A stretch of DNA of 64,000 bases, taken from positions 113,774-177,773 of the IMG/VR virus record IMGVR_UViG_3300014613_000001; one strand, given 5' to 3'. Position numbers and translations under genes: made by a program. The number at the start of each line of letters is the position of its first letter. Position 1 is the first letter of the stretch. Of the stretch, positions 46,237 through 55,343 are shown one piece after another. The notes beneath the pieces are model-generated. The model worked only from the letters and a program-made list of their open reading frames with translations. It ran no database searches and was not told the origin of the DNA. This DNA comes from a virus.

Positions 46237-46531
46237 AGAAGAGGGTAGCGAACTTCCCGAGAATTGGGAGGGGGAGCCGGACACTCCTCCGCCTGCCTGG
46301 TGGAGATTCCATCATGCTGATTGCGGGATAGCGTACCGAGGGTGTTCGCCCGAATGTCCGAAGGACGTCTACGAGAAAACAGGGAAATGGATTGGCCCCT
46401 CGCGCACGAGGGTCTACATCCATGATCAACTGGTCAATCAGGCTGCGAGATTCCTGAATGGAGAGGAGTCGGCGCCTCTGGAGCCTCTGCAGCACGTCGG
46501 ACCGCTATCCGAGAAGAGGAGGGTCAAGTGA
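46208..46531 (+). CDS. Hypothetical protein
   Basis: GGAGG RBS; HHADC.I...C...CP. Confidence 0.55.
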   Translation: MVDEEHVEPEEEGSELPENWEGEPDTPPPAWWRFHHADCGIAYRGCSPECPKDVYEKTGKWIGPSRTRVYIHDQLVNQAARFLNGEESAPLEPLQHVGPLSEKRRVK

Positions 46532-46962
46532 TCGAGCTGAACAAGGAATGGAATCTTCGAGTCGCGTGGGCCGAGGTGTGCTCCGGGTCCGGGTGGCGCA
46601 ATGAGATCATCTATGCCGTGGTCAGTCGAGCTGGTGTCAACCAGCCAGAATTGATCGTCTTGCAGTCTGACGAGCAGACCGAGGAGATCCGTGTGCTGTT
46701 TGACGTCTCCGCGGTCGTCGCTCAAGATATGACCCGGTTGGCCGCTGACGCGGTCCGGCAAAAGTTGGAGGCTGCGGGGGGCTGTACGGTGTGCACGTGC
46801 GGTAAAACTCTGCCGCTGCACCTGCTCGGTCTCAACATCACGAAGCATGTCTGCTCGTGTGGCAAGGAGTACAGGGATGAAGGCGAGGTCTTTGTATGCC
46901 GCGGGATGGGTTTCAACCCATCTACCGGTATGGGTGACCCCGAGAAAAGAAAGGTCAAATGA
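46528..46962 (+). CDS. Hypothetical protein with C-terminal Cys motifs
   Basis: CTCG...CSCG. Confidence 0.55.
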   Translation: MIELNKEWNLRVAWAEVCSGSGWRNEIIYAVVSRAGVNQPELIVLQSDEQTEEIRVLFDVSAVVAQDMTRLAADAVRQKLEAAGGCTVCTCGKTLPLHLLGLNITKHVCSCGKEYRDEGEVFVCRGMGFNPSTGMGDPEKRKVK

Positions 46963-47189
46963 TTCAGTTTCATGAGACGGTCATGGGCAATAGGTTTTTC
47001 TCAAAGCACATGCCAGAGTTGATCAAGGTTCTGGGGAGAATTGCTTGTGCGTTGGAGGAGTCGAATCTGTACGCGAGAGCTGAGCCGCCTGAGATCGATA
47101 AGCCTCTCAGCGGGCAGGTGCGTTGTCAGCAAAAAAGGAGATCAGATGCGGAAGGTCGTGACGAGGGAGCCGAACCAGATCCAATGTGA
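46959..47189 (+). CDS. Small hypothetical protein whose 3' end runs through repeat I
   Basis: FHETVMGNRFF...MPELIK. Confidence 0.55.
   Translation: MIQFHETVMGNRFFSKHMPELIKVLGRIACALEESNLYARAEPPEIDKPLSGQVRCQQKRRSDAEGRDEGAEPDPM
47087..47117 (-). repeat. 31-nt hairpin repeat, copy I (promoter partly deleted)
   Basis: Reverse strand CTGCCCG CTGAGA GGCTTATCGA TCTCAG GC; 33 nt missing relative to H. Confidence 0.85.
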
Positions 47190-47460
47190 GGTCGAGGAGC
47201 AGCTTGAGGCCGAACGGCAGTTCTATCAGGCTCTGACACCCGACGAAGTACAGGAGGAAGAGGAAGAGAGACAGATCATCTACGATATGCTGGATCTCGT
47301 GGAGGATGAGCTGGAGGATGAGCGCTGGCTTGACGATGAACGCGAGAGGCTAGAATCGGACGACTTGGTGAACTGGTGGGAGGACATTGATGATGACCCG
47401 GATCTTCGGGACGAAGACGCCTATGGTCAGTTGGAGGACAAATGTGCCCGCACTGTATGA
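47146..47460 (+). CDS. Very acidic hypothetical protein
   Basis: AAGGAG RBS; Asp/Glu-rich. Confidence 0.6.
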   Translation: MRKVVTREPNQIQCEVEEQLEAERQFYQALTPDEVQEEEEERQIIYDMLDLVEDELEDERWLDDERERLESDDLVNWWEDIDDDPDLRDEDAYGQLEDKCARTV

Positions 47461-47644
47461 TGGTGATCTTAGAGATCATCCTGGGTGTGTTCGTTAGCGT
47501 ACCCGTCGTAGGCATCTTGGCTGTTCGCGCCAAGAGCTGGATCAGTAAGCGAACACGCAAGCACCATTGGCCTAACGCGTGCAGACCAGCACCAACCAGA
47601 CGCCCCCGGCTGGTGCTGGCCCCGCCCTCAGATAGGAAAAGATC

Positions 47645-48403
47645 ATGATCGCGAACCTCGAGCAGCTCTCGTCTGCTATCGGCGCAAACTGGCCTACCAT
47701 CAAATCGGTAGCTCGGCGCGTTTTCAAGGACACGGAGTGTGGGGCGTGGGTCGAGCTTATCGAACCACGTCCAGCGAAGATACTCAAACAGCGGTGGGTG
47801 GCCTACATCCGCCGTTCGCTCGCCGGTGTCACGGTCGTCGGGATACGCCCTCCTCACGGCAAGACTATTCATCCTGACCCATCGTATGATGGCAAGGTCC
47901 CTGAGCGGGTGCTGGAATATCTTGGGGTGGAAGACGGGCGTGTCCACATGACGCTGCACAGCGTAGAACTGCATGACAGACGACACGAAGCCGCGGTGCT
48001 CTGGAACTTTATCAAGACGGCAGAGCCACTCCAGCGAGTAACAAATTGGTCTGGCGACACACTCCAGCGAGTAACAAATTGGATTTGGCAGGAGAACTCT
48101 GGCGGCACGTGGTCGAAGCGTGTCGAATTCCAGGTCGAGGTGCCGAGTCTCCGTATGAATCACGGAGGGGTCAGGATTGGCTCGATCGTCGAGGGGGTGG
48201 AGCAGTGTGCTGAACCGGTTGAGTTGATGTTCCCCTTTACTGAAGACGACTGGGATAACGCAATACGGAGTGTAGAGGACGAGGTGCATGAGATTTGGAT
48301 GGAAACACACGGCTGCGAAGATTGCGCTACGGATGACATCGGCTGGGGTAAGCCCGTGGATCCCGATTGCAAGACCTGCAGAGGGCATGGGTGCGCTATA
48401 TGA
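47645..48403 (+). CDS. Hypothetical phage protein
   Basis: RRVFKDTECGAW; GSIVEG; 33-bp-period duplication LQRVTNW. Confidence 0.65.
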   Translation: MIANLEQLSSAIGANWPTIKSVARRVFKDTECGAWVELIEPRPAKILKQRWVAYIRRSLAGVTVVGIRPPHGKTIHPDPSYDGKVPERVLEYLGVEDGRVHMTLHSVELHDRRHEAAVLWNFIKTAEPLQRVTNWSGDTLQRVTNWIWQENSGGTWSKRVEFQVEVPSLRMNHGGVRIGSIVEGVEQCAEPVELMFPFTEDDWDNAIRSVEDEVHEIWMETHGCEDCATDDIGWGKPVDPDCKTCRGHGCAI

Positions 48404-48693
48404 TCACGTATGAGGAGCTGACGAAGAAGTACGGTTGGGCCGATGTAGACATTCTGCGGACGCCACTCACGTCACTGAGGACGACGGACAGGTTGCTGCT
48501 ATATCAAAACAAAAACTTTGACAGCAGCGCGTTTGGGGCTCTGTCGCTCGTCATCGTCGGTCCAGGGAGGACCATCACGATGGAGAGTGCTCCCCCTGAG
48601 TGGATCAAAGATGTTCCGAGCCAGCGGCAGCAGTACATGGGGGAGGTGGATGTCAAGAATCTGCGAGAGGAGCTCGGCGATGTCGAAAATTGA
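48400..48693 (+). CDS. Hypothetical protein
   Basis: LYQNKNFDSSAFG...PSQRQQY. Confidence 0.6.
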   Translation: MITYEELTKKYGWADVDILRTPLTSLRTTDRLLLYQNKNFDSSAFGALSLVIVGPGRTITMESAPPEWIKDVPSQRQQYMGEVDVKNLREELGDVEN

Positions 48694-48841
48694 GGAGCTG
48701 CGGCGGCTGGGGTTTGACAAGTCCTCGTACAGCTCAAAGAGCAAATCCTGGCGTGTAGCGTGCTCTCGGTGTGCAGCCGCCGTGATCAATAGCGTTCCGT
48801 GTCACGAGACGGGATGCCCGAATAGACCACGGCCGAAGTGA
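48680..48841 (+). CDS. Small Cys/His protein
   Basis: CSRCAAAVIN.VPCHETGCPN. Confidence 0.6.
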   Translation: MSKIEELRRLGFDKSSYSSKSKSWRVACSRCAAAVINSVPCHETGCPNRPRPK

Positions 48842-49182
48842 TGCGCATCGTGCATACGTCTATTCCGCTGTTGGCCCAGGATGCAGATGTCCCTGATTGG
48901 GAGGAGGGTGCGGAGAGTGGTCTTCGCCCACTTGAAGACGTAGCTGGTGAGCTCGGGGACTTCCTGGGCCAACATCAGGCGCACGTGCTGGTCTGCTGGA
49001 AGCGGGATGAAACGCTCTGTGTGCTGGCCCAGTGCGCGCGGGACGAGCCTGTTGTGCTCGGCGACGATCAAGAGGAGGCGGCATGGGCGGGACCAAAGAC
49101 GCCGGAGAAGCTGATAACACCTGCTCGGACATCGAGAAATCAGAGGCGGAAGGATTGGCCCCCTCCGAGGAGAAAACGGTAA
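48838..49182 (+). CDS. Hypothetical protein
   Basis: Coupled GTG start. Confidence 0.45.
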   Translation: MMRIVHTSIPLLAQDADVPDWEEGAESGLRPLEDVAGELGDFLGQHQAHVLVCWKRDETLCVLAQCARDEPVVLGDDQEEAAWAGPKTPEKLITPARTSRNQRRKDWPPPRRKR

Positions 49183-49299
49183 ATCCTGCATCTTCGAAGC
49201 GAAACCGGCCAAAACGACCGGCTCGAGCGTCAATTGGCAGCCGTGGTCCGGTAGATTTCGGTGTTTATGGACACTGGAGACGGGTAGAGGAGGAACAAG

Positions 49300-49695
49300 A
49301 TGATAGAGATCAACGAGGAGACGCAGAGGCAACTCGACCTCGTCCGAAAAAAGTGCGAGGAGCTTGACGTGACACACCCGGGGATAGAGCTCGTCGACAA
49401 GCTGGACAAGGCGCTGGATTATGCTGCTCGGTACGCCGACAAGGATCTCGAAGGAAAAACGATCGCGGTGCTCACACCTGATTCATACCTGCCAGTCAAA
49501 CTTCCAGAGGATTTTGAACTGCTGCCTCGGCACTTCTCGTTCATGGTGACGCTCTATAAGCCGGGTAAGGAAGGAAATCGAAAGTATTGGTTTGTGATGG
49601 GCATGATCTACCACAACGGAGCAGGTGTAAATGATGGATCAGGATCGGTCGAGCTTAACCCAGAAGCCGGTCCACACTGGTCGTTCCACAGTTAG
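49300..49695 (+). CDS. Hypothetical protein
   Basis: GAGGAGG RBS; GMIYH...WSFHS. Confidence 0.6.
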   Translation: MIEINEETQRQLDLVRKKCEELDVTHPGIELVDKLDKALDYAARYADKDLEGKTIAVLTPDSYLPVKLPEDFELLPRHFSFMVTLYKPGKEGNRKYWFVMGMIYHNGAGVNDGSGSVELNPEAGPHWSFHS

Positions 49696-49703
49696 AGGGC
49701 ACC

Positions 49704-49847
49704 GTGTTCAAGATCGTAGGCCGGTATAGGTATAAACGGACTGAGGAGATTGACAGTTTTGACACCAGAGAGGAGGCTGAGGCTACGCTGATCGAATACC
49801 AGCTGGCTTTCGGGGCTGGTTGGTCTCTGTGGATTGAGGAGGAATAG
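49704..49847 (+). CDS. 47-aa protein below the ORF-track cutoff
   Basis: MFKIVGRYRYKRTEEIDSFDTREEAEATLIEYQLAFGAGWSLWIEEE. Confidence 0.55.
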   Translation: MFKIVGRYRYKRTEEIDSFDTREEAEATLIEYQLAFGAGWSLWIEEE

Positions 49848-50356
49848 TGCTACATACGGTGAATCTCACTCAGATTAGTGCACAATACTTCTGTGTACGT
49901 CTCAACCTCTTTGGGTTTACATTCACAACCGAGCCGCTGCCGTACACAACTGCGTATGATTTGGCGGACCGTGTAAGCGCCCTTATCGGGGTGCAAAAAG
50001 AAGAAACTGTCGAGCATGTTGAGTTGCTGATTCCTGCGTTCAAGGTCATTCCCTCTAATCAGGGGGGCACCGTGACTAATATCATACTTGATATTGACAT
50101 GGAGGGCTGGAGTTGCAGGAGTTGGGATCACAAGAGTTTTCTAGATAGGCTTCACGCCGAGTTCTTGCCTATGGTTCTGGATAATGAGAACGTGAAGCGC
50201 TTATGTCGTGCCGTCGTGACCGAGCTCGAAAGAGCCGTGGCATGTCGAGAAATCTACAAGTTGCCCAAGTCGGTAAGTCGATTAGGAGATAGTATGAGTT
50301 ACACGACGATGTTTGTAGTCCACGCTGACGGTAGCGTTAGGACTTGGGAAGAGTAG
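49847..50356 (+). CDS. Hypothetical protein
   Basis: Coupled GTG start. Confidence 0.5.
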   Translation: MLHTVNLTQISAQYFCVRLNLFGFTFTTEPLPYTTAYDLADRVSALIGVQKEETVEHVELLIPAFKVIPSNQGGTVTNIILDIDMEGWSCRSWDHKSFLDRLHAEFLPMVLDNENVKRLCRAVVTELERAVACREIYKLPKSVSRLGDSMSYTTMFVVHADGSVRTWEE

Positions 50357-50496
50357 TGAACATACATGCGCTCATGGGGTCCTAGAGCCGAATAGATGTG
50401 CGGAATGTGAGCTGGCCGCCGCTGAGTCCATGATAGTACTGCTGAGAGCTGATCTCGAGTGCACTATCGCGTCATTGGAGGAAGAACGTAGGCGGC

Positions 50497-51000
50497 ATGA
50501 AATCCGAAAAGAGGAGGGTGATGATGAGTGATCGATGTGCATCTTGCGGTCATGAATGCGTGGCCGCGATCACTGCGAAGTGTACTGGGCTCTTCGGGAT
50601 CAGATGGCCGGGTGGCCGGGTTGATCGAGGAAGCGTTCTACCACACGAACTTATCGGCTTGAGAGAGAAGGGAGCCAGTAACGACTACTTGAACTTCAGC
50701 CTGTGCCTGGTCTGCGGGAAAGTACAGGGCAGGTGGCCCGTCAAAGGAGCGGATCGCTACTTTCGGGAGTTCGCCAAGCCGAAGTACTGGGAGGCGATCG
50801 TCTGTTTTGAGCTGCCCACTCGTTTTGAGAAGCCACGGAATGAGTGGGCCAGCTTGTTCTTCCGGTCTAAGACCATTGAAGCCGTAGAGTATCGGATGGA
50901 ACTCATGGCGGCGCAGAAGTCCTACCACGTCGCACGCTGGTTCGTACGCCCCTTGCGGGATGGCGATACCGTACCGAAAGACTTTGAAGTCATTGAATAG
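50497..51000 (+). CDS. Cys-containing hypothetical protein
   Basis: CASCG...DYLNFSLCLVCGKVQGRWP. Confidence 0.55.
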   Translation: MKSEKRRVMMSDRCASCGHECVAAITAKCTGLFGIRWPGGRVDRGSVLPHELIGLREKGASNDYLNFSLCLVCGKVQGRWPVKGADRYFREFAKPKYWEAIVCFELPTRFEKPRNEWASLFFRSKTIEAVEYRMELMAAQKSYHVARWFVRPLRDGDTVPKDFEVIE

Positions 51001-51011
51001 GAAGCAGAAAC

Positions 51012-51515
51012 ATGGGCTATACAACTGACTTTGAGGGTCACTTCGCCATCACGCCACCACTCACTCCAGAACACCGCTGCTATCTGTTGGCATTCTCGGG
51101 AACTCGACGGATGCAACGTGAGGCCCACCTCGTGGAGAAATACCGAGATCGCGATCGTTCGCTAGTCGGTCTTCCTGTTGGCCTGGAGGGCGGATACTTC
51201 GTCGGAGGAGGCGGGTACGCCGGGCAAGCGAATGATGCGTCGATTATCGACTACAACCACCCCCCAACAGGTCAACCAGGACTCTGGTGCCAGTGGGTAC
51301 CGAATGACGATGGAAGCCGGCTCGAGTGGAATGGGGCTGAGAAGTTCTACTATTATGTCGAGTGGTTGGAGTATCTCATAGAGCACTTTTTCACGCCATG
51401 GGGCTATGTCCTAAACGGTGTTGTCAGATGGAGGGGGGAGGACTTCGACGACATCGGGCGGCTCATCGTTGATCACAATGTTGTGTCGTTCGGTGGCCAG
51501 CTCAGACTCTGGTGA
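51012..51515 (+). CDS. Conserved phage protein (MGYTTDFEG family)
   Basis: QPGLWCQW...WNGAEKFYYYVEWLEYLI. Confidence 0.7.
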   Translation: MGYTTDFEGHFAITPPLTPEHRCYLLAFSGTRRMQREAHLVEKYRDRDRSLVGLPVGLEGGYFVGGGGYAGQANDASIIDYNHPPTGQPGLWCQWVPNDDGSRLEWNGAEKFYYYVEWLEYLIEHFFTPWGYVLNGVVRWRGEDFDDIGRLIVDHNVVSFGGQLRLW

Positions 51516-51712
51516 CCCCGACACCGAGGATGCACTGCAAGAAGCGCATGAGCGGATCGCCCTCCTCGAGAAGATAGTGATCGCACTGGCTGAAGACTAT
51601 GACTACAAGGTAAACCCCTATGACGTCTTGACGCCTGAGCAGCATGAAGAGATCAAAGCGTTGTGTGGGGCGGAGGCGTTCGATGAAAGAGAGGAAGCGA
51701 AAGAGAGGAAAA

Positions 51713-52147
51713 GTGAGTGAGTGTAGTTGTGCCATTGATACGTGTGATGATGACTTTGTTCCGCTCCTAAGAAAGGCCCTGGTCAGAGCACGGAAGGTTC
51801 ATGTGTGCGCCGAGTGTGCTCGCGATATTCTTGCCGGTGAGAGCTACGATCTTCGGGTGTATGTTGATGACCGCTCAAGGTATGACCTCGAGAAGCATGA
51901 GTATGTCGCCCACCGGTGTGTCGTAAGGCACAAAACATGCTTGGATTGTGCTTCGGTACGCGAGGCGCTGTTCTGCACGTGGCACCACGGAATGCTCTGG
52001 GAGGAGCTGGACGAGGAGATCAACTCTTCTGGTGGCACGCTGTTTTCCTCCTCCTGTATGCGTCTTCTGACACCGCGTGCTCGTGATCTGGTCTGCGATT
52101 CTATCCAAGAGTACTGGGAGTCAGAAGAGGAGGGTGAGGATGAGTAG
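51713..52147 (+). CDS. Zn-finger hypothetical protein
   Basis: ARKVHVCAEC...HKTCLDC. Confidence 0.6.
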   Translation: MSECSCAIDTCDDDFVPLLRKALVRARKVHVCAECARDILAGESYDLRVYVDDRSRYDLEKHEYVAHRCVVRHKTCLDCASVREALFCTWHHGMLWEELDEEINSSGGTLFSSSCMRLLTPRARDLVCDSIQEYWESEEEGEDE

Positions 52148-54149
52148 CTACATTGACGACGTGTTTGGGCCAGGTGGCGTTTTCGATACCGAGCTCGACA
52201 ACTATGAGATGCGCCCTGGGCAGGTGGAGCTCGCCCGGGCGTTCGATCGCGCAATCAACGAGAAAAGGGATCTGGTGGCAGAAGGTCCGACAGGATCCGG
52301 AAAGACTTTCGCGTACTCAGTGGCTGCGATCAAGTTCGCGCACGACAACAAGGAGAAGGTGGTCATCGCTACGGCCGGCATCGCATTGCAAGAGCAGTTG
52401 ATCTCGAAGGATCTACCATTTCTTGCGCGAGTCCTGCCGTGGAAATTCAGCTACGGATTGCTCAAGGGCCGGTCCAACTATCTGTGCCGCATCAAGCATG
52501 AGAAGCTCATAGGCCAGCTCGCACCGAGGTGGGCAAACCCTGCATACGACTGGGAGCAGCCCCATCCATACACGAACCACATGGATGCAGTGCGCTCGTA
52601 TATGGAGTGGGTCGCGAAGACAACAAGTGGTGACCGGTCGGACCTGGACATTGAGTTTGGTCTCTGGGGTCGGGCGAGCAGCTCTGCGGATGAGTGTCTG
52701 GGCGGCGTGTGCCCGAATAAGGATCGATGCTTCGCGAACATTGCCAGGCGAACAGCTGTCAGGTCAGACATCATTGTGATGAACTACCACATCTGCTTCG
52801 TGGGCGAGGGCGCGAACATGCCGGATCATTCTGTGATGATCTGTGATGAGGCGCATGAGATCCCGCACATTGCTCGAGACTTCCTTGGTTGGACCCTAAC
52901 TCCAAGTTTGATCAACCGCATCTCCGCATGGATGAGGAGGAAGGCCCCCCGATCAAGTCAAGACTCTGTTCTCGCCAAGGAGTGGACACGGACAGAGCAA
53001 AACATCATCCGGTTTACGGGTGCTTTCTTCGAAGCCGTCTCCAATAAGATCAAGAATCGAGAGATTCATCGTCTCTATACCGGAGGGTGGGTCGACGCAG
53101 CTCCGTTGTCGGCGGCTCTCCAGGCAGCGTGTCATCTGTGTGAGAGTCGTGCGGCTGATTTCAAGTTGCAAGGAGCCGCAGTCGCGGCCAAGAGAGCGAC
53201 TCAGATAGAAAAATTTGCCTGCATTCTCTCAATACATGTCCAGCAGGCCGCAGAAGTGGACGAGCCAAATTGGATCTACTGGCTGACGCAGAACAAGGAG
53301 AAGGGTTGGTACGGGGTAGAAGCCAGACCTCTGCGCGTAGGAGAGCTGCTCGAGGGGATCTTGTTCAACAAGAGATCCACAGGTCTGATCAGCGCAACGA
53401 TGACGACCGGTGGCTCATTCGGTTTTGTTCGTGAGGAGATCGGGGTGCCAGAGGAGGCTGGCGAAATCATAGCCCCCTCTCCGTTCGATCTGGCCAAGCA
53501 GGGTATCTTGATCATCCCGTCTGACATAACTGCTCCTCCGAAGAGCGGAGATCACCGTGCGATGGTGACATGGCAGGCCGAGGTCGCAGGCTGCGCAGCA
53601 AGCCTGATTGAGATGTGCGGCGGCCGTACACTTCTGCTGTTCACGAGCTGGCAGAACTTGAATTATGTGGCACGGGCGCTTCGAACATTCAAACACTTAG
53701 ACGGCTTCAGGATCATGAAGCAGGGAGACATGCCTCGAACAAAGCTGCTTGAGGAGTTCGAGAATGATGAGAAGTCCGTGCTCTTAGGCGTGGACAGTTT
53801 TCGGACTGGAGTCAACGTCCCTGGCCGAGCCTTGACCGGATTGCTGCTCGACAAGATCCCATTTCCTGTACCAACTGATCCGATCAACAAGGCGATGGAG
53901 GAGTACCTGATCGCCAATGGTCGGAACTCGTTCATGGAGTACACGGTCCCTCGAGCAACTATCGCTCTTCGTCAAGGGACTGGTCGGCTCATACGAAGCA
54001 GAACCGACATCGGGGTCGTGGTCATCACTGATCGACGGCTCTTGGACCAACCATACGGAACTTCTATTCGAAAGAGCCTGCCGCCCTTCAGAACCTCCTC
54101 GGACCTCGAGGATGGCTATGCGTTCATGGAGGCACAAGGATGGGTGTGA
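52140..54149 (+). CDS. dinG: DinG/YoaA-family SF2 helicase with Fe-S cysteines
   Basis: EMRPGQ; EGPTGSGKT; LKGRSNYLC; CDEAH; SAT; KIPF; RQGTGRLIRSRTD. Confidence 0.9.
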   Translation: MSSYIDDVFGPGGVFDTELDNYEMRPGQVELARAFDRAINEKRDLVAEGPTGSGKTFAYSVAAIKFAHDNKEKVVIATAGIALQEQLISKDLPFLARVLPWKFSYGLLKGRSNYLCRIKHEKLIGQLAPRWANPAYDWEQPHPYTNHMDAVRSYMEWVAKTTSGDRSDLDIEFGLWGRASSSADECLGGVCPNKDRCFANIARRTAVRSDIIVMNYHICFVGEGANMPDHSVMICDEAHEIPHIARDFLGWTLTPSLINRISAWMRRKAPRSSQDSVLAKEWTRTEQNIIRFTGAFFEAVSNKIKNREIHRLYTGGWVDAAPLSAALQAACHLCESRAADFKLQGAAVAAKRATQIEKFACILSIHVQQAAEVDEPNWIYWLTQNKEKGWYGVEARPLRVGELLEGILFNKRSTGLISATMTTGGSFGFVREEIGVPEEAGEIIAPSPFDLAKQGILIIPSDITAPPKSGDHRAMVTWQAEVAGCAASLIEMCGGRTLLLFTSWQNLNYVARALRTFKHLDGFRIMKQGDMPRTKLLEEFENDEKSVLLGVDSFRTGVNVPGRALTGLLLDKIPFPVPTDPINKAMEEYLIANGRNSFMEYTVPRATIALRQGTGRLIRSRTDIGVVVITDRRLLDQPYGTSIRKSLPPFRTSSDLEDGYAFMEAQGWV

Positions 54150-54228
54150 AGCCGTCGTCGGCAGGCTCAACGCGATAGGAGACGATGGGACGCCGCCGTG
54201 TGCTACGATCTGATTAGGGGCTGTTTTC

Positions 54229-54276
54229 ATGCCCGCTGAGAGGCTTATTATCTCAGATATCTCAGATATCTCAGAC
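54229..54276 (+). repeat. 31-nt hairpin repeat, copy L, with tandemly triplicated 3' arm
   Basis: ATGCCCG CTGAGA GGCTTATTA TCTCAG AT, then ATCTCAGAT and ATCTCAGAC. Confidence 0.8.
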
Positions 54277-54309
54277 CAGAGTTGCTCCTTGACGAGGAAG
54301 GGTGAGCAG

Positions 54310-55011
54310 ATGGACGGCAGAGTTGTGCTGGTTTTGGGAACGATCGGTTCGGGTAAGACGAGCATGTGCAGAGAGTTGGCTGCCGAGCTCGGCACCGAGC
54401 CTCTGATCGAGATGGCACAGGAGGATGGTAACCCGTATCTCGAGGATTTCTATCTGGACATGAAGCGCTACTCAGCGATTCTTCAGATAGATCAACTGAC
54501 CCGTCGATTTTCACAACACAAGCTCGCGCAGAACAAAGTGATGGCCGGGCTCGGTCACGCTGTTCTGGATGGTGGGTTCTGGCTCGATACTTGTTTCGCC
54601 AGGTTGATCTATAAGTCTGGGATGATGGAGGATCGTGAGTACGACACCTATCGTCGTCTCTTCGCCGAGATGACGATGTTCGTCGGGTACCCGCACATCA
54701 TCATCCGGTTGTCCGCGCTGCCTGCGGTGGCCTACGAGCGGGTTCAGCGGCGTGCCACGGAGAAACCGGAGAGGCGCGGCGAAGCGGTAAAGGTGACTCG
54801 GGAGTACCTCGGCGCTCTTGACCAGGAGATCGAAGCCTTGTGCCGTGAGATGGCAAAGATGGGTGTGGAGGTGATCACTACGTTCTGGGACGAGGACCGA
54901 AACACCCCTGCTCAGAGACAGCAGGCTGTGCAGGGTCTGGCACAGCGGGTTCGGGCGTGTAAGCCCCCCGATCCGTTTCTGGCTAACTGGAGGAGAAGTA
55001 TCGAACCATGA
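54310..55011 (+). CDS. Deoxynucleoside kinase (dNK family)
   Basis: GTIGSGKTS; E.......NPYLEDFY; RR..RGE-type lid. Confidence 0.85.
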   Translation: MDGRVVLVLGTIGSGKTSMCRELAAELGTEPLIEMAQEDGNPYLEDFYLDMKRYSAILQIDQLTRRFSQHKLAQNKVMAGLGHAVLDGGFWLDTCFARLIYKSGMMEDREYDTYRRLFAEMTMFVGYPHIIIRLSALPAVAYERVQRRATEKPERRGEAVKVTREYLGALDQEIEALCREMAKMGVEVITTFWDEDRNTPAQRQQAVQGLAQRVRACKPPDPFLANWRRSIEP

Positions 55012-55343
55012 AGAAGATGATTTACGTTGCCGGTCCGCTGACCGTCTCGGGCAACCACATCGCCAACATTCGTTTGGCTGTCCTGGCAGGCTTTCATCTG
55101 AAGACCCTTGGGTACATCCCGTACATCCCGCACCTGACGAGCTTCGCCAACATGGTGGAGATCCGGTCCGATGAGTACTGGATGCAATGGTGCTACGACA
55201 TGCTGCAACACTGTGACGTACTGCTCCGTCTGCCGGGGGAGAGCCCGGGCTCGGACAAAGAAGTGAAGTGGGCAGCAAAATTAGGGATTCCCGTGTTCTA
55301 CTCGGTAGAAGAGCTCTTGAGGGAGGTTCCTCGTGATTCATGA
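55008..55343 (+). CDS. DUF4406/nucleoside 2-deoxyribosyltransferase-like protein
   Basis: IYVAGP...PYIPHL...CDVLLRLPGESPGSDKEV..A..LGIPVF. Confidence 0.7.
   Translation: MKKMIYVAGPLTVSGNHIANIRLAVLAGFHLKTLGYIPYIPHLTSFANMVEIRSDEYWMQWCYDMLQHCDVLLRLPGESPGSDKEVKWAAKLGIPVFYSVEELLREVPRDS

Noticed and set aside
49201-49224. GAAA-CCGG...CCGG-CTC resembling half a hammerhead
   Set aside because: No A-U closing pair and no CTGANGA nearby.
49796-49806. ATACCAGCTGG match to the repeat leader
   Set aside because: It lies inside a small ORF (EYQLA) and has no loop or second arm.
50436-50459. TACTGCTGAGAGCTGATCTCGAG, resembling a loop-deleted repeat copy
   Set aside because: 5 nt of the loop are missing, the 3' arm is imperfect and it may be coding; not counted among the 12 copies.
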